Of a stretch of DNA of 64,000 nt, positions 12,136-22,850 are shown in pieces; position 1 is the stretch's first letter; every line of letters begins with the position of its first letter. The notes under the pieces are model-generated. The model searched no databases and had not been told where the DNA came from. It saw only the letters and a program-made list of their open reading frames with translations. A program made the position numbers and the translations under genes. The stretch comes from Lama glama. Lineage: Eukaryota. The stretch spans positions 40,736,001-40,800,000 of the forward strand of contig CM052817.1 in assembly GCA_028534125.1 (NCBI GenBank), written 5' to 3'.

Positions 12136-13189
12136 TGTCGTTTTATTTATTAGAACAGTTATGCAGTGTTGAACCTATATTGTTACAATTATGTTTTTAT
12201 TGGAAATTAATTGACATACTAAAAATTATTGACATACCTAATTTTACTCAAAGCAGATTGACTTAGTAATGTACCTATGTAATTAAAAAACTTGTTTAAA
12301 GAAGGAAATTTAGAGATCCTATACTTTGATAAATTAAAACAGTATCAATATTAATATTTTAGTTTCCTTTCCCAAAGATGAAAACGCTTTTGATGTACCA
12401 ACTGGTTTTATGTCACTTAATCAACTTGCAGTTATGCTATTTAGGTAAAGAAAACCATAAGTATACAAAACGAATGATTTTTTTTTCAACAACACTCTCC
12501 AGAAAAGCTTTATAGGGTTAAATGGTAAATGAAATAAATATTCAAAACTAATACTCAAAAGTTATTTAAACTGCTTATAAATAGTGATCAACTTCTAACC
12601 TTAGTCATGGCAGTAGTATTTACACTTTTGGATACAGATGTCAAGAGTTCCTTTGAAGTGACTTTTTTTTTTTTTCATTTACCACCATTTTATAATATTT
12701 AAGTTTTTATAATAAGCATGATCACCATTACAATAAAATGTTCAAATATAGAAAGACATTCTATCTCTTTTTTTCCAGTGGGTTTAGAAATACTGCTTTT
12801 TAATTTGAAAAAGGAACGTGTATAAATGTGATTGACGTAAATCTTGGAAACGTCACGAATATCCAGGATTCTGGAGAGAAATCACTCGTCTCCTGGCAGA
12901 AGTGAAAGGTGAGCGGAGACCGGGGCACCCAATGATTTTTTTTTTAAACCAACTCACATTTTGTTCAGATTTCATCAACTTTTCCACTAATGTCTTTTTT
13001 CCGTTCCAGGAACCTATACAAGACCCCACATTTTATTTAGAATGCATTTTATTTTATCAATTAATTTCTATTATTCCATATTTTATAATGATTGATGATC
13101 AGCAGAAATCCTAACCATTTTTGTGTGTATGCTTACGTATTCTTCCCCCTTCTCTATGGCAGAAGAGAAAAAAATAGTCCTATGGGATT

Positions 13190-13345
13190 TGGGGTCAAAT
13201 TGACCTGAGTTTTAACCTTAATTTTCCACTTAATTTTGGGGTGTTGATCAAGTCATCTAAGCTCTCTAAACTTCACTTTATTCATCTGTAATATAGAAAT
13301 AATGATGACAATAATACCTATCTCACTGAGTTGTAAGGACTAAAT
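13190..13345 (+). mobile_element. MIR SINE
   Basis: Core-like tcatctgtaatatagaaataatg...atacctatctcactgagttgtaagg. Confidence 0.65.
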
Positions 13346-15588
13346 GTGGATACAGAATCGACTGTAGTCAGGATTCTCGGCATTGTTATTACTTACCGTC
13401 TAATGAAGATACTAAAGAAAAGAGAATTATCCAGAGAGCAGATGGTCAAACATGATTTTAAAAAGTGGGGGAGGAGGAATGGCATAGAAAAGCCCCAACT
13501 TGAAAAACCAACTCGAAAATAAGCAGCAGTTGATTGTGAGTAAAATGAAGAAGCTTTTCTATTTCTTGCCAGCATATTTATATCAAAATGTGTAACATGG
13601 GGCCAGTTTTGTTATTTGGCATGTTTCTGGCCATTTGTAAAAAAAAAATGTTCAGCAGCTGTTGCTCTGGGAGGCAGATGGATGGATGACATTTATGAAT
13701 TGTATTTTTCAGATGGAGAAACTGAGGCACCACGTGTTTCTTTGTTTTTCCCCAACGTTCCACATCCATGAAACATCAAACTTGGAATGATAGCTCGTGA
13801 ATATCTTCTTCCTTCCAGCTATATACTGCAGAAAGGAATTGCCAATAGATGAGACGGTAAAAATGGGGAGCTTTCTCTCAGGGAGGCCAGCTGAAGAGTT
13901 GTGCTTTTGTGTCTGGTACAGATGGCCAACTGGTAGTGCTTACCAGGGCTTCCCTCCCCTGCAGCCACCCGCCCTCAAGTGACAGCTTTTTGCATCTTCT
14001 TGTCTAATTAAACCACCAGCAGAGAATGCCAGTTATATGCTTGTGTGACACCTCTGAATATTAAGTAGCTTTTGTAATTAATTATATTTTGAAAGGCTCA
14101 ATCCTCCATAATTAAAAAAAAACTTTGAGAATTAATAGGTTAGCATGATATATGGACTGAAAACACCATGAGCAACAACTTGGCAGTGAGGGAACAACTT
14201 TGCATCCTGTGGAGTGTCTCTGTTGATCAATCCTTGATGACCTGAATGCGTCCAATACTAACATCACGATGTGTTTCTTTTTTGGTCTATCTTCCCGTGC
14301 ATCCAAGTGGAACCAATTGTTTCTGCACGGGGTAAGATATAAAAATGCAGATAACTTAAATAACTTATTGCCCAACAAGGCAGTCTGTGTCGTACAGGAG
14401 AATGGGCTGCAAGCAGCTGTCTGCCTCATATCGCCCTCTGGGTTATGACTGCAATGCCATTTAGTAACTTTTGTGTCTTTTGTGCTGGCAGCGACATTGA
14501 GGCCAGATAATGGATGCTGGCAAGATTTTGAAATCACAGACAAGGAAAGAGCGCCTTTGATCAGGTGTTCGTGTTCTCCTGTGCTGAGCTCATGGCACGG
14601 GGCAGAACTGGCCCACCCCAGAGGGCCATCCAGTATGCCGGGGCTGTCTCGGTGTGGAGCCTGCTCTTTTGCCCTTGAGGGGCTGGGCAGCTGAGGAAGC
14701 AGGAGACTTGCTGCTGGGCGATATTCTGCCTCTGGGCCTTGTATTGTGTGATTTTGCTTTTTCGGTGGGGGCTTTTAAATCTTAGTCTGCAGGGTCTAGG
14801 TTGTTCAGCCAGAAGCAAATAGGAGAAGGGACGATGGTGGAGTTAGGTGAGCCAAAATGGGAAAGGGGCCATACCCACACTTATATTTAAAGGCTGTTTC
14901 CTGCCCTTTCCTTTCACTGGGTCTCATTTCTCCTTCCTTCTTCTTTCTTTTCCTTTCTTCACCCTTCCCCTTGTCTGCTTGTCCGGGTTTTGCATTTTTT
15001 GTTTCAGTGGTTGGCACCAGTATTGTTTTGCTTAGATTTCAACTTGGAGAGTAGCGGGATTATGCCTCAGCAGAACAGAATTTTAGATCTGGAAGGTATT
15101 TTAGGAGTTCTGGACCAGCCGCGGAAAATCTTGAATCTTAAAGATTCTGGGAAGATTCCAGTCTTCCTTCCAGTGGTTTGACTTTTTGTTAAATGAATCT
15201 AGGAGTGCTGTCTGGCTGAGAAAATTGGGTGTAAGGCTAATGGTTCTAAAGATAGTTATCATCATAATACTTGATATGCATTGACTGATCCACACTCTAT
15301 AAACTTTGTCTTTTGATATTTCAGTTAATTTTTTAAACAGGTAATAGATCTGCATGGTTCACAGTGCAAAATCATTGAGAGATATTTAGCAACAATTTTC
15401 CCTCTCCCCTCCACTGAGTTACCACCTCCCAAAGACATAAATAATAACTTGTCCATTTATTGTATATCCTTTCTGAAATTTTAATGCATAAATAAGAATA
15501 TATGCCTATAAACATATACATTTCCCCCCGTTTCATGACCGAGTAGTAACATATTTCGCATTGTTCTTTGCTTCAGGTGTTGTTTTTA

Positions 15589-15765
15589 CTTAATCCTCAC
15601 AGCAGTCCTGTGTGGAAGGAGCTGTTATTACCCCCATTTTACAATTAGAATTAAGCTCTAGCTGGGCAACTTGCTCAGGGCAACACAGCTGGGTAGTGGA
15701 GCTGGGATAACCCCGACTGTCTAACTTGATCAGCTGTGATCTCCATCACTAGGCTGTCCTGCCTC
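15589..15765 (-). mobile_element. MIR SINE
   Basis: taatcctcacagcagtcctgtg...attacccccattttaca...aacttgctcagggcaacacagct. Confidence 0.75.
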
Positions 15766-15969
15766 ACTGGGGCTGGTGCGGACTCCCCAGGGTTCCTGCT
15801 GATTTGCACAAGTTCCCCGGGGGCTCAGTGTAGTGCTGGCTCCTAACCGCAGACTCCAGCCAACAGTTAGGGAATGTTGCAAAACTAATTCCATTCTGTG
15901 TCAGTTGGCTTGGCTTGGCTTTTCTTTCCTTTCTTCCTTCCTTCGTTCCTTCGTTCCTTCATGAGATAA

Positions 15970-16710
15970 TGATTTTTAAAAATTGCGGTCAAATACGTAT
16001 AACATAAAATTAACCATCTTAACTATTTTTAAGTGTACAGTTCAGTGGCATTCAGTACATTTACGTTATTCTGAAACCAATCTTCAGAACTGTTTTCATC
16101 TTCTTAAGCTGAAACTCTGTACTCAATAAACAGTAACTCCACATGTCGCTTTCCCCCAGCCGCAGGTGACCTCTGTTCTCTATGAGTTTGACTACTCCAG
16201 GGACGTCACGTAAGTGGGATGATACTGTATTTGTCTTTTTGTGACAGGTTTATTTCACTTAGCATAATGTTCTCAAGTTTTATGTTTTACCCAGGTTGTA
16301 GCATGTGTCAGAATTTCTTTCCTTTTTAAGGCAGAGTAACATTCCATTGTATGTATATACCACATTTTGTTCACCCATCCATCCATTGAATTGCTTCTAC
16401 TTTTTGGCTGTGGTGAATAATGCTGCTATGAACAGGGGTACTAATATCTGTTTGTGTTTCTGCTTTCAGTTCTTTTGGGTACATACCCCAAAGTGGAATT
16501 GCTGGATCATATGGTAGTTCTGTTTTTAATTTTTTGAGGAACTGCCATACTGTTCTCCATAGCGCCTGCACCGTTTTACATTCCCAGCGGTGAACAAGGG
16601 TTCAGTTTCTCCACATCCTTGCCAACATTTGTTATTTTCTTCTTGTTCATCCTTTTTTTTTCTTTTGGCTCATAATCATCCTAATGGGTGTGAGATGATA
16701 TTTCTCTTAT
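15970..16710 (-). mobile_element. L1 (L1MB-like) 3' region
   Basis: aacataaaattaaccatcttaactatttttaagtgtacagttcagtggc. ORF 16371-16571 resembles the ORF2 C-terminus (LPYDPAIPL). Confidence 0.9.
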
Positions 16711-18049
16711 AACATTTCTTAATTCTTGTATTGGGTCCACTTGCCAAAGAATGCAGAGTTCCACCTCGGGTCTCTCTTGCAGGCCGGGACAGGCCTGTGG
16801 GGGAACGACCAGCCTGGAGGCCAAGTGAGGCTGGTGGCTCAGCTGAGTCTACCCGGTCAGACCCCTCCACCTACCTGAGCCCTTGGTGACCTCACTCTAT
16901 GCTTCAGTGAGGCTGCGTCTTCTCGCTGGTTATTCCTCAGCAGAACGATTTTCTTGACCTTTACTAGAAAGACAGAATGAGCTCCCAGGATGCAGAGGAA
17001 ACTTTCCCATATCGTAGGTAACTTACATTCTTCATCCATCCTTCCTGGATAGTTGCTTGCTTTGTTAAAGTGGGAGGCTGTTTAAACCTACCAATGGTTT
17101 CATTCAAAAAGCCGAGTCACAGTTAGACATCCACCATCCCCCTTTACGCTGTCCTTTGCTTTAGCCTCCCTGGGAAGAAGATGGGAATGTTTCTCTCCCA
17201 CAGTGTAATACACAGGATACATCATGTCTCATGTGGACTCCCCAGGTGAGTGACTCGGTCTGGCCCTTTAGGTGACCTCTTTTTTTTGGTCCCATCTCTC
17301 AGCTGGGGGCTCTCAGGAGGTGTTTCTCGGGAATGATTAGGTGGCTTTAATCACTGAGGACCCAACTGTGGCCTCAGAGCAGTACCTGAGAGAGGTATTT
17401 GTCTGTGTTCCCAGGTGTTTCCCCGACATCTAATTCAAGGCTGAGCTGCCACTGGGAAGGAGATGGGCCACCTTCTTTTGGGTGTAATCCATTCTTAACC
17501 TGTCTTCTGTATGTCCCTGAATAGAGCCATTTTAAAAAGTGGTACTTTTTCCAAGTACAAAAGCAAATACATGTTCAAAGCAGAAAATTTGGAAAATGAA
17601 GAAGAACACACCACTATAAATGTTGTAATAACATGGAATCATAACATAGGTGCTTGTTTATTTAGAAGGTAGTGGAGTTTTCCTACACCAACAAATATTC
17701 TTTTACCATATAACTTAAATTTTTTTTGACTTTTTTTTTAACTTTTTTCCCCATGTAACTTATTTAGTGATAAACTTCATGGCATCATATGGATATTCTA
17801 TACTTTATTTAATAAGTCCTTTATTGTTGGAAATTTGACAATATCCTCTTTTGACTGTTAGGAACTTTCATGTACACTGTGGTACATATACTTACGAAAC
17901 TTGAGAAAGGTCTCTTCTGCCTCATTTGATGGATAAGGAAAGTGGGTCCCACAGCATTAAGCAACTTGCTGAAGGTCACCATGGTTACCTTAATTCAACA
18001 TGTAATTAATGACGGTTTTGCCTCGTTTCTGAGATGTAGTAAGTAGGTG

Positions 18050-18455
18050 GTGTGGTGTGCTTATCAGAATCCTTCAAGACTGGAGCCCTCATTACCCCAA
18101 CTCCTCAGAGTATTGGCCGTGGACCGCTCCCAGCTGAGTCTCTCTCCCGGCACTGGCCCTTGGCTGCAGAAAGCCTCTTTACCCAAGGGCAGCTCCCATC
18201 TGATGACTGGGGTGCCTGGTTGATGCAGAGATTTAAAGGCCTGGCCCTCCAGCCCCACTGAAACAACTTGGAAGGGCCAGTAGGATCAGCTAGCTGCAGC
18301 CAGTGTTGTTCCTGCAGTGGGGCCCGATTTCTCCCTCTGCCAGTGTTGCTTCCTTCTCTCCCCTCCACGTATTGATCCTGAGAGCACTTTCTAATAAATA
18401 CCCTGCATGCAAACTCCATTTCAGAGTTTGCTTTTCAGGGAACTGAACTGTGATG
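18050..18455 (+). mobile_element. ERVL solo LTR (LTR16-like)
   Basis: Ends ctaataaataccctgcatgcaaactccatttcagagtttgcttttcagggaac, typical of the LTR16 family. Confidence 0.75.
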
Positions 18456-18740
18456 TTAAACAAACCTTTGGGTGATATTTTGGATCATTGAGTCTTTAAA
18501 AAAAATGTGTACCATGAAGTTTGAACTGATGTCTTATTTTTTATATACTCTTTGTAAATTTTCTTGGAGAGTAAACAGAGGTAGTCAAAGTGGTTCTGTC
18601 AGCTCAAGTTTGAATATATATAAATACAAATACATTGCATTAATAAGTGTATATAATATGTATTATATACTAATACACACATATTTCTAGTAATATTGTA
18701 GCATCTCAATAAGGACTTTAATTTGGAAAAGACATATCTT

Positions 18741-19775
18741 TTTTTTGCTGAAATATAGTTGATTTACAATGTTGTGTTAGTTTCAGATATATAACAAAGT
18801 GATTCAGTTATACATTTTTTTCAGATTGTTTTCCATTATAGGTTATTACAAGATATTGAATATTATTCCCTGTACTATGCAGTAAATCCTTATTGCTTAT
18901 CTAATTTAGGTATAGTAGTTTGTATCTGTTAATCCCATATTCCTAATTTATCCCACCTCCTCCCTTTCCTCTTTGGTAACCATAAGTTTGTTTTCTATGT
19001 CTGTGAGTCTGTTTCTGTTTTGTATATAGATTTATTTGTATTATTTTTTTAGATTCCACATATAAGTATTATCATATAATATTTATCTTTTTCTGTCTGA
19101 CTTACTTCACTAAGTATAATGCTCTTTAGATCCATCCATGTTGCTGCAAATGGCAACATATCATTCTTTTTTATGGGTGAGTAATAGTTCATTGTATATA
19201 CATACAGCATATCTTCTTAAGCCAGTTATCTGTTGATGGGCACTTGGGTTGTTCCCTTGTCTTGGCTATTGTAAATAGTGCTGCTATGAACATTGGGGTG
19301 CATGTATCTTTTCAAATTAGAGTTTCCATTTTTTCCAGGTGTAGGATTGCTGGGTCATATGGTAGCCCTATTTTTAGTTTTTTAAGGAACCTCCATACTC
19401 TTGTCCATAGTTTCTGCACCAAACTACATTCCCACCAACAGTGTAGGAGGGTTCCCTTTTCTCCACACCCTCTCCAGCATTTTTATTTGTAGACTCTTTT
19501 GATGATGGTCATTCTGACTGGTACAAGGTGATACCTCATTGTGATTTTGATTTGCATTTCTCTAATAATTAGCAATGTTGAGCACCTTTTTCTGTTCCTG
19601 TTGGCGATCTGTATGTCTCCTTTTGAGGTATGTCTATTTAGGTCTTCTGCCCATTTTTTGATTGGGTTGTTTGTTTTTTCAATATTGAATTGTATGAGCT
19701 GTTTGTGTATTTTGGATATTAACCCCTTGTTTGTCACATAGTTTGCAAATATTTTCTCCCATTCTGTAAGTTGTC
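18741..19775 (-). mobile_element. 5'-truncated L1 (about 1 kb) with ORF2 C-terminal remnant
   Basis: ORF 19483-19833 WEKIFANY...[14 protein letters not shown]...REMQIK is L1 ORF2. TSD ttggaaaagacat(at)ctt at 18723-18740 / 19776-19791. Confidence 0.95.
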
Positions 19776-20479
19776 TTGGAAAAGACATCTTACTATTTTT
19801 TTCATTCCTTCCTTTCTCACCCAACAAATTCACAGTCTTATTAAAAATAGAAGAAAATTCCCCAAGGTTTGTGTTTGGGAAGAAGGGAGGGATGGTTGAT
19901 GGGAATAAGGAGGTAAAAGATATTTATGAGGTGATTTTATGGAAATTGAATCTAAGGATTAAAGAAATACAAAAAATAAAATATAGCAAATATTCATACA
20001 TCTATTATACAGAATTCATATTTGCTAATAAATTGTCATATTTGATCTCATTAAATATGAAATAAAGGCAGAGCACTTGGAATTCTTCTCTTAACAGCAC
20101 CATGGAGCCCCTCATCTTGTCTGCTCTCAGTGCTTGGCTGAATCACCAGCCACACAGCAGCAGATCTTTGACGCCAGAAACACCAAATGGGTAAACGTGG
20201 ACAGACAGAAGAGCAGAGGATGAGCAGGGTGATGAAATAAGTGTTGAAAGCAGAACACATCTTCCCTGTATGTGGACATTCACCGTAATGGAGTCAGGAA
20301 CGTACAAACTGAAATCTAGACAGGGCAACTTCAGAGAACAGACCCTTTGGGAAAATAGCTCTTTTTAAATAATCCAGCCCGTGGAGTTTTGAAAGTCTTC
20401 ACAGTCTGTGGAGGGTGAATGGCTTGTGTAAAGGGATTCGGAATTCTTGATGAGTTCATAAATCACCCTTCATTTCTCA

Positions 20480-20962
20480 AACAAGTTTCCCCTCCTCCTT
20501 CCCTGTTTCTTTAAACTTATTGCCGAGTCACATGAGTCAGAGACCTGGGAATCTCCCTGGAGTTCTCCTTATCTGACACGCCCAGCTGATTTAGCCTTCT
20601 GAAGAACCGTTCAGATCCATGCCTCCCTCTTTCTGCTTGCTTCTCACCAGTTCTCGCGTGGACTCAGAGGTCTCCTGAGTGGTCCTGATGCCGTTCATCT
20701 TGGTCCCTTACTACCTGCCCCACCCCACCTCAGAAGCAAAGTTCACACCACCGCAAGCGAGGTCTTCCTAAAATGCCAATCTGGCATATCATTCTTTTTT
20801 TTTTTTTTTTTTAGTATTTTAAAATTTGGCAATCTATATTGCCACTTTATTTTTTTTAACTTTTATTTTTCTTATTCTTTTTTTCTCTATTTTTTTGTTT
20901 TTAAAGCCCAGTATTTTATCCTTGTTTTTTTTGGGGGGGTGGGGGAAGGAGGTAATTAGGTG

Positions 20963-21022
<60 letters not shown>

Positions 21023-21575
21023 GAGGTACTGGAGATTGAACCCAGGGCCTCATACATGCTAAGCACACACTCTACGACTGAGCTATACCCTCCGCCTGGC
21101 GTATCATTCTTAAGAAAAAATCCTTAGCAGTTCCCCACTGCTCGTAAAAATAAATCCAAGCCGCTCTGTGAGGCATTCAAGCCCTCCATCCTGGCCTCTG
21201 GCCTTCAGCTTCATGCTCCACCTCCTCAGGCTTCACACTTCATAGTCCAGTAACGCTCAACTGACTCTATCCTCTACACTGAATATTTCACACTTCTGTG
21301 CCTTTGGTCATGCCTCTTCCTTGCCTTGAACTATAATCAATCCTTGCTCCTACTACTTCAGTTGGCGAACTCCAGCTCATCCTTCAAGACTCAACATGGG
21401 TTCTTCTCCTTGAGGAAATCTTCCACAATTTCTTCCAGCAGGGCTGTCTGTCTGCTTTTATGTCTGCCGCTTAGGCTCTGGTTAAACTCTAAATCTTATT
21501 AAACTTGGCATCCCAGCGTCAAACACAGTACCTGCACTTTGGAAGTGCTTATAAATGTTTGTTGAGTGCTAGATC
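20480..21575 (+). mobile_element. L2 remnant interrupted by a SINE
   Basis: L2-like 3' motifs (aactccagctcatccttcaagactcaa; ataaatgtttgttgagtg). Confidence 0.65.
20797..21095 (-). mobile_element. tRNA-derived camelid SINE (vic-1-like) with (TAA)n and extended 3' tail
   Basis: On the - strand: A-box tagctcagtcgtagag and B-box gggttcaatctcc. 16-bp TSD ctggc(a/g)tatcattctt at 20781-20796 / 21096-21111. Confidence 0.9.
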
Positions 21576-22704
21576 AGTGCAGCTGGAAAAGAGGTTGAAT
21601 TCAAAACACCAGGTGGGTGGCCAGACCTAGTACTATGTGGATGACAAGTTGCTGAATGGAGCATCAGTGAGATGAGCTGGCGCATCTCCAGCATTGGGAC
21701 GTCACCTCTGGTCTCCTCTCCAAGAAGGAGGCAGAAGGCTGGGCACCAAGTATGTTTTGAGTCTTTGCCAAATCTCTGAGGGCCTCTTGGGCCCGCATAG
21801 GCTAGATCACTGGATTTGGGAGAGACCGTGTGAACTTCATCTCATTGCACGAGCTGAAGGGAAAGGTGGAGGTGGTGGATGGAGCAGATATCTCTGAGCG
21901 TTGCAGGAGTGCACAAGAACAGTAGTAGCACACTTTGCTTGGAATCAGAAGCCATCTTCTTCCTCCTCCTCTTCATCTTCTTCCTCTTCCTTTCCCACTC
22001 TTCTCTGTCCTTTACTTCCCTTTTCATTTCTCTTTTTCATCTTCCTCTGCGTCTTTCCTTTAGTATTGGCAGATATATTACATTTTATGTCCCACATAAC
22101 CATTTACTAGTAGTGGTATAGAGAAAAAAGGGAGAGAAAAATCCTTAGAAGTGCAAAATAAATTTGGGCTTAAAATGAGAGTTGAAATTAAAGATATGAC
22201 AAGTAAAGTGGTTCCTTCATTAAGCTGTGCATCACAAGCTTTAAAATCAATTGTAAATCAAGCACTTGCATTATGTGAGGCATATTGCTGTGGTGCATAA
22301 ATCTAGTAACATTATTGCTGCTAAAAGAAAGTGCAAGTTCAAGATGTTGGGTTATGAACCCAAATAGGAAAATATATAGTGTTGGGTGATATGGCACAGT
22401 TTTTAATCTCCCACGGCCCCTGTCAGTCATGCATAAGATATTGAGTTTATTTGGTCATTTGTGGATCAGAATTTGCATAAAATATTTATGGCTTCTTGCG
22501 AATAGCTTGCGAAGCTAAAGACAAATGCTGAATGTCAGATACAGATACTTGCTGAATCACAAGTAAAACCACCAGCAGTAGAATAAAACCACAGCAGAGT
22601 TTTCATGCTGTTGAACTTACAGTGTTTTTACTTGAAGGGGTTGTTTTCTGTGTTTAGTTTAAAATATGTTCACATGCCAGGACATCATTTCAGTCTCTTT
22701 AATC

Positions 22705-22850
22705 ATGGTTTCTCACAACATGGGCCTTTGACCTGAGTTAGAATAACCTGAGTGCTTGCTTTGGTCCAGATTCTTGGGACCCCTGCTCAAATCTACAGGA
22801 TCAGAATCCCAGACAGTGGGTGCTGGGGCTCTGCCAGCCATCAGTGCCCA
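22705..22850. mobile_element. MER5-like MITE remnant
   Basis: ggtttctca...agaataacctg...cagattcttgggaccc...atcagaatc. Confidence 0.55.

Noticed and set aside
19483..19833. Host CDS
   Set aside because: It is the L1 ORF2 C-terminal remnant fused by chance to flanking sequence.
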